Below are positions 38,007 to 46,529 of a DNA stretch of 63,830 bases, in pieces. Position numbers and translations under genes: made by a program. The stretch is from the NCBI GenBank assembly GCA_947631035.1, contig CANRJW010000003.1:1-63830 (forward strand), written 5' to 3'. The first letter of the stretch is position 1; every line of letters begins with the position of its first letter. Under the pieces are notes generated by a model that did no database searches, was not told the origin of the DNA, and saw only the letters and a program-made list of their open reading frames with translations. The stretch is from an uncultured Bacilli bacterium. GTDB lineage: Bacteria > Bacillota_I > Bacilli_A > RF39 > UBA660.

Positions 38007-38032
38007 TGGATTATAAAGTCCGGTATAAAAAG

Positions 38033-38055
38033 GAGAAAAAGAATTCTCTTTTTTT
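38033..38055 (+). terminator. Weak rho-independent terminator
   Basis: Stem gagaa/ttctc (5 bp), 6-nt loop, 7 T. Confidence 0.35.
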
Positions 38056-38061
38056 GATGTC

Positions 38062-38090
38062 TTGTCAAAAGACGAAAAAAAGAGTAGAAT
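38062..38090 (+). promoter_or_regulatory. Conserved cassette promoter (TTGTCA-17-TAGAAT), paralog 1
   Basis: The same hexamers and 17-nt spacing occur at 53849-53877 and 58270-58298. RBS GGAGGAG at 38104-38110 and ATG at 38119. Confidence 0.6.
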
Positions 38091-38128
38091 AAAAGTAAGA
38101 TATGGAGGAGAAAGACAAATGAAAAAAT

Positions 38129-40252
38129 TTGGAAAGAACCTCCCAACCGAGCGAAATAGTCGTCTGGGGGGGGGGTTATTATTTAGATAATAATAGAAAG
38201 GAACCAAGACGACGAATCAAAATAATGCTAGTAGGAATTATAGCAGGATTATTAATTTTAGTAGGAACAAGTTATGCGTGGTGGACATCAACCGCAACGC
38301 AACAAGGGATTAATGAAGTGCAAAGTAGTTGTATTAAAGTAGCCATACAAAATGAAACAGGAGATATAAAACTACCAAATGCATATCCATTAACAGATAA
38401 ACAAGCAGAAGATTTAACACCCTATCAATTTACAATAACCAATACTTGTAAAACAATAGTAGATTATACAGTGAAATTAGAAAAGCTAATGGAAATTAAT
38501 GGACAAGAAGATAAATTATTAAATAGTAAGTATATAGCGGTAGAGTTTAATGGAGGACAAAAAGAACTACTATCAAACTATCCAATAGGAAACATAACTT
38601 ATGATGGAGAAGATTATATCTCAAAAGAAGCAAGAGAATTAATAAAAGGAACCTTAAACGGAACATTAGAAGGAGAAAACACGAAAACCTATACACTAAA
38701 ACTATGGATGGACGAAAGTGTTACCGCTACTGACGATTCAATGAATAAAAGTTTTATTAGTAAAATAGTAGTAGATGGAAGTTTAAATGAATTAGCGGTT
38801 TATAATGAACCAAAATTACATGGAGCAGACCCAGTATTAGGGAATGAAGGAAGTAAAGAAGAAGTAGCCATGCTATCAACACTAGCAGAAGCAGACCCAA
38901 CAACAAGTGATAAACTAATACCAGTTATAATAGATAATGAAGGAAAAGTAACAAGAGCAGATTTATCCCATGAATGGTATAACTATGAAGAGAAGAGATG
39001 GGCGAATGCAGTTATACTTGTTGATGGAGTAGAAGAACCAGACGTAGGAGCAGAAATAAAAGAAAGTGATATTGAAAGTTATTTTGTATGGATACCAAAG
39101 TATAAATATAAAATATTCGATATGGGAGATTATACTCAAGTATTACAAAATGGAAGTGAACTACCAGATAAAGGACCAAATACAGCAATCGAGATAATCT
39201 TTGGGGATACTGATACAACCAATACAGGAACAACAAATGGAGAGAGCGAATGTGAAAGTCCAAATGAAAGTGGACAAGACGGACAATGTGCTGTTGGCAA
39301 GTGGATGACCCATCCAGCATTTCTAGCTTTCGGAGGAAATGGATTATGGGTTGGTAAATTTGAAACTGGATATGAAGGAGCAACGAGTACAAATGATGCT
39401 CAAAGTGAAGAAAAAACTAATATAGAAGGTCCTGACAAGGTAATCATAAAACCAAATGTGTTTGCTTGGAGAAATATAAGTATAGGAAATGCTTTCAAAA
39501 CATCCCTTGCTTATCAAAGAAAATTAGATTCCCACTTAATGAAGAATACAGAATGGGGAGCAGTTGCTTATCTTACTCAAAGTATTTATGGAAGATGTGC
39601 TGATTCAAATACATGTGAAGAAGTAAGAATCAATAATAATTCTAGTTTTTTAACCGGTTATGTAGCAAAAATATCCCCTACAAATGGATTTACTAATACG
39701 AGTGAATCTTGTACCTTATATCCAGAAGCTTGCAACGAAAGTGGAACTTCAGATAAAGGAAAAGACGGAGACGTAAATTATCAATACTTTAATACGGAGA
39801 GTGTCAAAGCAAGCACTACAAACAATTATAGCGGAATCTATGATATGAGTGGAGGCTCTTGGGAATATGTTGCTGGCTATATGAGTGGGAACGTTGGCCA
39901 AAGTGATTTAAAAGAAGAAACGGATTTAACTGAGAACAATGCCAAATATTATGATAAATATTTAAACACAAGTAATACACAATATAATATGAGAATACTA
40001 GGAGATGCTACAGGAGAGATGGGACCATTTGTAACTAGAATATATAGTCCAAAGAATAATAACCAAGCACAGACTCGAACGGTGAGCGGTTGGTTTTATG
40101 ACGATAGTTGGTTTATTTATAGTGAAAATCCTTGGTTTGTTCGTGGTGGGGATTGCTATGACGGGTTAGGGAGTGGTATTTTTACTTCGTTTCGTCTAAA
40201 TGGCGGTCTAGCCAAGTATACTTTCCGTATCGTTCTCGCTCCAGAAATATAA
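38129..40252 (+). CDS. Membrane-anchored surface protein with C-terminal FGE-sulfatase (SUMF1)-like domain, paralog 1; the RBS-served ATG at 38119 is out of frame at G10
   Basis: TM MLVGIIAGLLILVGTSYAWW. Motifs LMKNTEWGAVAYL, GIYDMSGGSWEYV, VRGGDCY, FRIVLAP resemble the Pfam FGE-sulfatase pattern (EaEWEyAAR, GLyDMsGNVWEW, RGGSW, GFR). The ORF-track TTG start at 38129 has no RBS. Confidence 0.6.
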   Translation: MERTSQPSEIVVWGGGYYLDNNRKEPRRRIKIMLVGIIAGLLILVGTSYAWWTSTATQQGINEVQSSCIKVAIQNETGDIKLPNAYPLTDKQAEDLTPYQFTITNTCKTIVDYTVKLEKLMEINGQEDKLLNSKYIAVEFNGGQKELLSNYPIGNITYDGEDYISKEARELIKGTLNGTLEGENTKTYTLKLWMDESVTATDDSMNKSFISKIVVDGSLNELAVYNEPKLHGADPVLGNEGSKEEVAMLSTLAEADPTTSDKLIPVIIDNEGKVTRADLSHEWYNYEEKRWANAVILVDGVEEPDVGAEIKESDIESYFVWIPKYKYKIFDMGDYTQVLQNGSELPDKGPNTAIEIIFGDTDTTNTGTTNGESECESPNESGQDGQCAVGKWMTHPAFLAFGGNGLWVGKFETGYEGATSTNDAQSEEKTNIEGPDKVIIKPNVFAWRNISIGNAFKTSLAYQRKLDSHLMKNTEWGAVAYLTQSIYGRCADSNTCEEVRINNNSSFLTGYVAKISPTNGFTNTSESCTLYPEACNESGTSDKGKDGDVNYQYFNTESVKASTTNNYSGIYDMSGGSWEYVAGYMSGNVGQSDLKEETDLTENNAKYYDKYLNTSNTQYNMRILGDATGEMGPFVTRIYSPKNNNQAQTRTVSGWFYDDSWFIYSENPWFVRGGDCYDGLGSGIFTSFRLNGGLAKYTFRIVLAPEI
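38166..38175 (+). repeat. G10 homopolymer inside the 5' coding leader (candidate phase-variation tract), paralog 1
   Basis: cgtctGGGGGGGGGGttatt. The ATG-38119 frame stops at 38188-38190 with G10. G9 or G12 would fuse it to the 707-aa ORF. Confidence 0.8.
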
Positions 40253-40271
40253 AGAAGGTAAAAATATACTA

Positions 40272-40303
40272 AAAAAAGGATGGCTTTTTCACAATCCTTT
40301 TTT
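40272..40303. terminator. Bidirectional terminator between paralog 1 and uppP
   Basis: aaaaaggat...atccttttt stem flanked by an A-run and a T-run. Confidence 0.5.
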
Positions 40304-41113
40304 CTATCTAAAATAAATAAATATAAAGAGTGCTAAACATAAACAATAAATTGAAAATTTCCATAGCTTTCCTTTTTTCACAATTGAACTTAACCATTGG
40401 TAAGAAAAATAGGTTACCAAACAAGCGGCAATCATGCCAAGAAAGTAAGGCATAAATAAACTACTACTAGCGGGAGTTTTGATAAAATCAAGTATTCCTA
40501 ACCCCATAGAAGCAACACTAACGGGAAAATATAACATAAAAGTATATTTAAGAGCCGTTTCTCTTTTTAATTTACAAAGTAAGCATCCAACTAATACAAT
40601 TCCACTACGACTAATACCTGGCATTAAAGCAACCATTTGTAATAGACCAATTAGAATAGCATCTTTATAAGTGATATCTTTATCCTCTTTGTTTCCATTG
40701 CTATTTTTAACTAGGAATAAAAATAGAGCGGTAAGTAAAAAGGCTATTCCCAATAATTTGAGAGAGAGAAGAGATTCTAGTTTTTCTTTAAACAGAACAC
40801 CCATAATTCCTACTGGGATACTTCCTACTAAAATAAGCAAGCAGTATTTAAAGTCCTTTTGAACAGAAGGCCTTTTTTTCTTACAAAATAAATAAGTGAA
40901 GAATGATTTTATGAGTTTAATAATATCTGGCAAAAAAATAAACAGAATGGCTAAAAAAGAACCAAAATTGACAAAGATTTCAAAATTTAAGTCATTCATT
41001 ATTTCGGTATTAAAAAGATTTTTAAATAAAAATAAATGTCCACTTGAAGAAATCGGTAGGGGTTCAGTAAATCCTTGTAAAATTCCTAACAAAATATAAA
41101 TAACGTATTTCAT
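40304..41113 (-). CDS. uppP: Undecaprenyl-diphosphate phosphatase (BacA/UppP)
   Basis: LGILQGFTEPLPISSSGHL and PGISRSG motifs. Polytopic, 269 aa. Confidence 0.85.
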   Translation of the reverse strand: MKYVIYILLGILQGFTEPLPISSSGHLFLFKNLFNTEIMNDLNFEIFVNFGSFLAILFIFLPDIIKLIKSFFTYLFCKKKRPSVQKDFKYCLLILVGSIPVGIMGVLFKEKLESLLSLKLLGIAFLLTALFLFLVKNSNGNKEDKDITYKDAILIGLLQMVALMPGISRSGIVLVGCLLCKLKRETALKYTFMLYFPVSVASMGLGILDFIKTPASSSLFMPYFLGMIAACLVTYFSYQWLSSIVKKGKLWKFSIYCLCLALFIFIYFR

Positions 41114-41179
41114 ACAATCACCTTACTTAATTATATAATAAAAATAGAATTTAAGAAATAAAATGTTCTAGGAGGGAAA

Positions 41180-41416
41180 ATGCATATTTTGAGAATTCTA
41201 TTTGGCATATTTTTTATGAGTGTTGGTCTTTTCTTTATTCTTTTGTATACAAATCTTTTTTCTATCGGGTATAGTTTTACCCTTTTTGTTCACTTTATTA
41301 GTAGAAGAATCGAATGCTTACTCTTTTTAATTGGTGTCATTCTTTTAGTAAGTGGAATAGGAGGAAATTGTAAAAATGTATTACGATTACGACGTTCTTT
41401 TAAACTTTGGAAGTGA
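41180..41416 (+). CDS. Small membrane protein (two or three TM helices)
   Basis: 78 aa, hydrophobic, RBS aggaggga. Confidence 0.4.
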   Translation: MHILRILFGIFFMSVGLFFILLYTNLFSIGYSFTLFVHFISRRIECLLFLIGVILLVSGIGGNCKNVLRLRRSFKLWK

Positions 41417-42014
41417 AGAAGAAATCTATCCGTTTTATGAATGGGAAAAGAAAGATTCTTTAGAATTTGTTAAAAAGATTCCTTTATTTCGTGTAACCTC
41501 AGAAACACTTTTGGACCACTTAGAATACCAAATTGAGCACTCTAAAGAGACAATCGAGTTAATACAAAATAAAACGATTGTCAAATCTTCCAATAGTTCT
41601 TTAGAAAATGCCATGATTATTTGTGACAATAAAAATGCTTTAGCTTTAGAGTTGGATACAAGTGGCAAAGTAATAAGTCGTAGTAAACTTTTACTAAGTG
41701 ACGAAGAAAATTTATTAGAAATGCTCTATACTATGAAAGAAACAGATTTTCATTATAAAAAAGGGAAGAAGTATCAAAATAGAGGAGAATTACGCCAGAT
41801 AGAAAAAATAAAAAAACTCATAGAGTGTGAATTAACTACGCTTTATGAGTCGAAAAACTTTAGTAAATTAAAATATCTTTATTATGAATGGTTTAACAAA
41901 AGAAGTACGAGTCCCTTAAAAATGTATAAAGAAATGCAAGAAGAATTGACAAAGGATTATAACGAAAATACTCAAAAAATATACAATTTTATCAAAATGA
42001 GTTATAACAAATAA
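41376..42014 (+). CDS. Hypothetical protein
   Basis: 212-aa ORF. RBS ggagga lies inside the upstream ORF. No motif recognised. Confidence 0.4.
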   Translation: MYYDYDVLLNFGSEEEIYPFYEWEKKDSLEFVKKIPLFRVTSETLLDHLEYQIEHSKETIELIQNKTIVKSSNSSLENAMIICDNKNALALELDTSGKVISRSKLLLSDEENLLEMLYTMKETDFHYKKGKKYQNRGELRQIEKIKKLIECELTTLYESKNFSKLKYLYYEWFNKRSTSPLKMYKEMQEELTKDYNENTQKIYNFIKMSYNK

Positions 42015-42995
42015 TTAACGACCTAATCCAACTTTTTTTAAGACATTTTCGTATTTTTCTTTGGCAAGTTGATTTACGATTTTAGCACCCTTATCTAAAA
42101 CTTCGTCTACGAGATGGGAAGCCATAATTTCGTGATATTTTTGTTGGATTTCACTTAAAACGGTGATAACGACTTCTGCGACTTCTTTTTTTAAGTTTCC
42201 GTAATTGGTCCCTTCAAAGTGATGGACACTTTCTTCAATGGAAATGTTTTTTAAAGCCGAATAAATGGTGAGTAAATTGGAAATTCCCGGTTTGTTTTCG
42301 GGGTCGTATTTGATTTCGTTATCGCTATCGGTTACAGCGGACATTATTTTTTTGCGAATGACTTCTTCGGTATCCAATAAAAGAATGGTTCCTTTGGTAT
42401 CGCCATCTGATTTACTCATTTTTTTCGTGGGGTTTTGTAAATCCATGATTTTGGCCCCAATTTTAGGGATTAATGGATTTGGAATGGTAAAGGTTTCTCC
42501 AAAACGTTTATTAAAACGTTCAGCAAGATTTCGAGCAAGTTCCACATGTTGTTTTTGGTCAATACCAACGGGCACAAAATCGGCATCATATAGTAAAATA
42601 TCTGCGGTCATTAAAATAGGATAGGTAAATAAACCAACACTTACATTTTCATTTTTGCTTGCTTTATCTTTGTACTGCGTCATACGACTTGCTTCTCCCA
42701 TATAAGTCAAGCATTCAAAAATCCATGATAGATTGGCGTGGTAAAGATTTTCTGATTGTAAATAAATAATATTTTTTTCGGGGTCAATTCCACAGGCTAA
42801 ATAAAGAGCCACATTTTTGCGAATTCGTTCTTTTAAAATGGTAGGGTCTTGAGGAACGGTAATCGAATGCAAATCGGGGACAAAGATAAAAGATTCATAA
42901 TTGTTTTGATATTCGACACTTTGTTTAATCCCACCAATAAAACTACCGAGAGTCAATTCTCCACTTGGTTTTAAACCTGTTAATAATCGTTTCAT
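42015..42995 (-). CDS. trpS: Tryptophan--tRNA ligase
   Basis: N-terminal LTGLKPSGELTLGSFIGG (HIGH-region variant) and KMSKS. The ATG at 42995 follows aaggtg; the ORF-track GTG at 43004 lies within the RBS. Confidence 0.85.
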   Translation of the reverse strand: MKRLLTGLKPSGELTLGSFIGGIKQSVEYQNNYESFIFVPDLHSITVPQDPTILKERIRKNVALYLACGIDPEKNIIYLQSENLYHANLSWIFECLTYMGEASRMTQYKDKASKNENVSVGLFTYPILMTADILLYDADFVPVGIDQKQHVELARNLAERFNKRFGETFTIPNPLIPKIGAKIMDLQNPTKKMSKSDGDTKGTILLLDTEEVIRKKIMSAVTDSDNEIKYDPENKPGISNLLTIYSALKNISIEESVHHFEGTNYGNLKKEVAEVVITVLSEIQQKYHEIMASHLVDEVLDKGAKIVNQLAKEKYENVLKKVGLGR

Positions 42996-43078
42996 ACATA
43001 TCACCTTTTTTTATTTTAACACAAGAAGTATATTTTGGGTATATTTCGTTCAAAATAGGAATAAAGGAGAAACGAAAA

Positions 43079-43615
43079 ATGAAAAAAATCATGCTTTTTT
43101 TACTGACTTTAACAATAGTGGTTGGTTGTGCTTGTTCCATGCGAAAGGCAAGTGATGCTGTAAAGGAATACATTGGAAAATACAATAACGAAGACGAAGA
43201 AGTTTTAGTGGAATTAGAAAAATTGCTAGACGAAAACGATTTTTCCGAAGAGGAAAGAGAAAAATATAAAGAAGTCATGCTAAAACAATATAAAGATTTA
43301 AGTTATAAAATTGTATCAGAATCTTATAATGGAGAAGAAGCAACTGTAACGACTAAAATTACAGTTTACGATTTATATCAGGTGCAACAAGAAGCTGAAG
43401 AATACAAAAACAATCATCAAGACGAATTTTTAGATGAAAATAACAATTATGATAAAGATAAATTTTTAAAGTATAAATTAGAACAAATGCGTAAGAATAC
43501 GAAAACAATTGAATACACCATCGATTTTAAAGTCATAAAGCAAAATGGAAAGTGGGAAGTTGAAAACGTTAGCACGGAAGACTTAGAAAAAATTCATGGT
43601 ATTTATCATTATTAG
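43079..43615 (+). CDS. Lipoprotein, unknown function
   Basis: MKKIMLFLLTLTIVVGC with lipobox VVGC. RBS aaaggaga. The ORF-track start at 42965 overlaps trpS. Confidence 0.6.
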   Translation: MKKIMLFLLTLTIVVGCACSMRKASDAVKEYIGKYNNEDEEVLVELEKLLDENDFSEEEREKYKEVMLKQYKDLSYKIVSESYNGEEATVTTKITVYDLYQVQQEAEEYKNNHQDEFLDENNNYDKDKFLKYKLEQMRKNTKTIEYTIDFKVIKQNGKWEVENVSTEDLEKIHGIYHY

Positions 43616-43633
43616 GACTTCGGTCCTTTTTTT
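43614..43633 (+). terminator. Rho-independent terminator
   Basis: aggac-ttcg-gtcct stem-loop with a T-run. Confidence 0.6.
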
Positions 43634-43809
43634 AATTCCTTTTTCTTATAGGAAAGTTCTAAAAAAATAGTTGAGATTATTAATATTGCAGATAAATTTA
43701 GAATGTATCCTATTGACAATCTTAACAAAAGCAATAATTTATTTGCTGTTTTACTTTTGTTCTGTTAAACTATAAGTAACTAGCAAATGCTATTAAAAAG
43801 GAGTTTAAA

Positions 43810-45315
43810 ATGAAGTTAAAAGAAGAATTTATTCATTATTCAAAAGAAATAGTTTATGACATGTATATGCGTATTGTTTATGATTACAAATTTTATGATT
43901 CAATTACGAGAGGAAAAATGTTAGAAGAAATTGTAAAAGAATATGCTCAAGAACATTTTTTATATGCTATTTGTACGCAAAAAGAATTAGAATTTTTACA
44001 GGAAGTTCAAAAACATCAATTGCAAAAAAAAGACTTACAAAAATATGCTTGGGAAATAAGAGAATTAAATAATAAAGGCATTTTTAGTAATACGACTTTT
44101 ACTATATTTGAGGAATTCCAAGAAATCGTTAAAAAAGAATTAAAGTTTTACGAAGGAAGAAAAATACAAAAACAAAATATGGATAAACTTATTACGTTCA
44201 TAATCAGTATTGTAAAAATTAATGGGGAAATGCTTACCAAAGCTTTGGGCTCTATATTGGAAAGTATGTGGTCTATACCCTATAATGATTTTAATAGTTT
44301 ATTAGGAAATCCTCTCATTCATTTTTATTGTGATTTTTCTTCTAAATACATAGAAAGTTTTGAAAGGGAAGAAGAAACGATTTATTATCGAGAGTATTGG
44401 AATTTATTAGACGATTTGGATGATGCTCGTCAAAAATTTGGGATTGCTGGGACAAATCCTTTTGATATTCGAGATTATTATGATATTTTCTATTATGGTT
44501 TTCCTATACGAAATGAAAAAGTAAAATTGATGTATGATACAATTCGTAAACGTCCTATAAGTGCATTTCTTTTTAGAACGATTGATGAAGCAAGGGTTTT
44601 GAATTATCGAGAAGTCTTATCTTTCATTTTTGAAGGAAAGGACTTAAAAATTATAAACGAGGCTTTAGATGAAATGCCCTGTTCAGCTATGAATGGTTTT
44701 ACCCCTAAAGACTATAAAAAGGAAATGTATAAATCGATAGATTTACATAAGCAACTCGTGATTATTCCTCAACATAATGCCCATCTTTGTAAAGATGCTG
44801 CTGATTTATACTATAAGCTTTATTTTGGGGTACTGGATTATACCAACAAAAAGTACCATTTGTGTCCTGAAATTGTCAGAATTTATAAACAAGAGGGATT
44901 GGATGTAAATAAATTAATGAAAGTCGATGACTATCTATGGGAACACAAAAATATTATTGATGATTTTGTTATAGAAAATCCTTATAATTTTACTAACGAA
45001 GAACTAGAAATAATAAAAGGATTTAAAAGTGCTGTTACAAGTGACCATTTCCTTTTGATGGGATTTGAAAGGGAGTATACCGAAATTTTATCTGAAGATG
45101 GAAAACTTTATATGGTAAAAGGCGTACGGGCTGATATCGATAAAATTATATCACCTACGGAAATTCCTAAAATGATTAAAACAACTTTATTGATGTTTCA
45201 AGGTAAATTGATTTTTAATAGTTTTTTTTCTTATGTCGGTATTCAAGCTGGAAATGAAATTATCGAATATGCTTTAGAGAATGCTAAAAAAGCAATCAAA
45301 TATTATCATTTATAA
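43810..45315 (+). CDS. Hypothetical protein (501 aa)
   Basis: Long ORF with RBS aaaggag. No motif recognised. Confidence 0.4.
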   Translation: MKLKEEFIHYSKEIVYDMYMRIVYDYKFYDSITRGKMLEEIVKEYAQEHFLYAICTQKELEFLQEVQKHQLQKKDLQKYAWEIRELNNKGIFSNTTFTIFEEFQEIVKKELKFYEGRKIQKQNMDKLITFIISIVKINGEMLTKALGSILESMWSIPYNDFNSLLGNPLIHFYCDFSSKYIESFEREEETIYYREYWNLLDDLDDARQKFGIAGTNPFDIRDYYDIFYYGFPIRNEKVKLMYDTIRKRPISAFLFRTIDEARVLNYREVLSFIFEGKDLKIINEALDEMPCSAMNGFTPKDYKKEMYKSIDLHKQLVIIPQHNAHLCKDAADLYYKLYFGVLDYTNKKYHLCPEIVRIYKQEGLDVNKLMKVDDYLWEHKNIIDDFVIENPYNFTNEELEIIKGFKSAVTSDHFLLMGFEREYTEILSEDGKLYMVKGVRADIDKIISPTEIPKMIKTTLLMFQGKLIFNSFFSYVGIQAGNEIIEYALENAKKAIKYYHL

Positions 45316-45355
45316 AAAGGAAAAATTTTGATTTCATTTTTCCTTTATTTTTTTT
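45316..45355 (+). terminator. Rho-independent terminator
   Basis: 11-bp stem aaaggaaaaat/atttttccttt followed by a T-run. Confidence 0.6.
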
Positions 45356-45414
45356 GATAAAAAAAATCAAAAAGTATGTTAAAATAACAACTTACGGGAA
45401 AGAAGGGATAAAAA

Positions 45415-45756
45415 ATGGATACGCTTTTATATCAAAAAGCTTTAGAAGGACAAGAATTGTTACTCGAACAAAATAGATCTTCTATTATAGGAACTTGGAT
45501 TTTAAACGGACAAAAAATGGGTTTTGTACATCTAGACGATTTTTCTTTGGATGCTTATCCACTTATTAAAAGTGACTTGGCTTTGGAAAAAAAGTTAATC
45601 TTAGGATTTTCTAAAGAAAAACAATTGTACTATGCTGTGATGCTAAATGAAAATTATTCTTTTTTAGAAGCAACAACTGGTCATACGATCGTAGAATTAT
45701 TATCCAAATTGGATACGGCTTTGATTTACAAAAATGAAGCAAAAAAGGGAAGATAA
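45415..45756 (+). CDS. Hypothetical protein (113 aa)
   Basis: ORF with RBS gaagggat. No motif recognised. Confidence 0.35.
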   Translation: MDTLLYQKALEGQELLLEQNRSSIIGTWILNGQKMGFVHLDDFSLDAYPLIKSDLALEKKLILGFSKEKQLYYAVMLNENYSFLEATTGHTIVELLSKLDTALIYKNEAKKGR

Positions 45757-45841
45757 ATTCTAAAAAAACAATTGCTTTTCTTCTTTCTTTATATTATAAT
45801 TCTAAATATAATTAATCTTTTAGATAAGAGGGAATGATTTT

Positions 45842-46432
45842 TTGGAACATTATTTTACAAATAACGAATCATTAAAAAGTGAATTTAGAACAATTGATTA
45901 TCGCTATAAAGAGAAGGCATTTTCTTTTATAAGTGATAATGGAGTTTTTTCCAAAAATAAAATTGATTATGGTAGTAAACTTTTAGTGGAGACTTTTTTA
46001 GAGGAGCATGAGGAGGTTTCTTCTGTTCTAGATGTGGGCTGCGGCTATGGGTTTATCGGTATTGTTCTAGCCAAAGTTTTACAAATCGAAACATCTTTAC
46101 TAGATGTCAATCGAAGGGCCATTCATTTGGCAAAGAAAAATGGTAAAGAGAATGATGTTGCGATTAAGGTCTTGGAAAGTAATCTATACGAAAATGTTTC
46201 GGGATTTTATGATGTTATCATTACCAATCCTCCGATACGGGCCGGTAAAGAAGTGGTTTTAAAGATTTTATTAGGGGCTAAAGACCATTTGACAAAAAAG
46301 GGGACTTTGTGGTTTGTGGTTCGTAAAGACCAAGGGGCAAAAAGTATTGAAAAAATATTAAAAGAAACCTATGAAATAGAAATAATGAAAAAAGATAAAG
46401 GTTTTTTCGTTTTTAAAGCAAAAAAGAATTGA
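45842..46432 (+). CDS. Class I SAM-dependent methyltransferase (RsmC/YbxB-like rRNA methyltransferase)
   Basis: VLDVGCGYG SAM motif and ITNPPIRAGK catalytic motif. It sits directly upstream of rpoB, as ybxB does in Bacillus. TTG start. Confidence 0.7.
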   Translation: MEHYFTNNESLKSEFRTIDYRYKEKAFSFISDNGVFSKNKIDYGSKLLVETFLEEHEEVSSVLDVGCGYGFIGIVLAKVLQIETSLLDVNRRAIHLAKKNGKENDVAIKVLESNLYENVSGFYDVIITNPPIRAGKEVVLKILLGAKDHLTKKGTLWFVVRKDQGAKSIEKILKETYEIEIMKKDKGFFVFKAKKN

Positions 46433-46529
46433 CACCACTTGTAAAGACTGATAAAATTATAAATTGGTGACGTGTTAATTTTTTGATAAATTAGGTTATT
46501 TGAAAAAAAATTTTAGATGGGGTGAAATC

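Noticed and set aside
38129-38131. TTG (38129) and GTG (58356) starts proposed by the ORF track for paralogs 1 and 3
   Set aside because: Both lie inside the conserved leader, 18-40 nt from the only SD. The SD is correctly spaced for the ATGs at 38119 and 58325. They are artefacts of taking the longest ORF in the frame set by the G10 tract.
37844-38207. Two minus-strand ORFs (100 aa and 74 aa) across the relB 3' end and the cassette promoter
   Set aside because: They overlap a supported gene and a conserved promoter/leader. Their composition is low-complexity and there is no RBS.
39012-39392. Antisense ORFs inside the three FGE-like paralogs (39012-39392, 54177-54533, 59077-59634)
   Set aside because: They recur only because the sense strands are homologous. 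They are Leu/His/Tyr-rich shadow frames with no independent signals.
43005-43078. Possible T-box leader upstream of trpS
   Set aside because: Only about 80 nt separate trpS from the divergent lipoprotein gene. That is far too short for a T-box riboswitch, and no specifier or T-box sequence was seen.
46500-46529. TTG start extending rpoB by 10 codons
   Set aside because: The GTG at 46530 is preceded by ggggtga at proper spacing and aligns better with known RpoB N-termini. The extension has no RBS.
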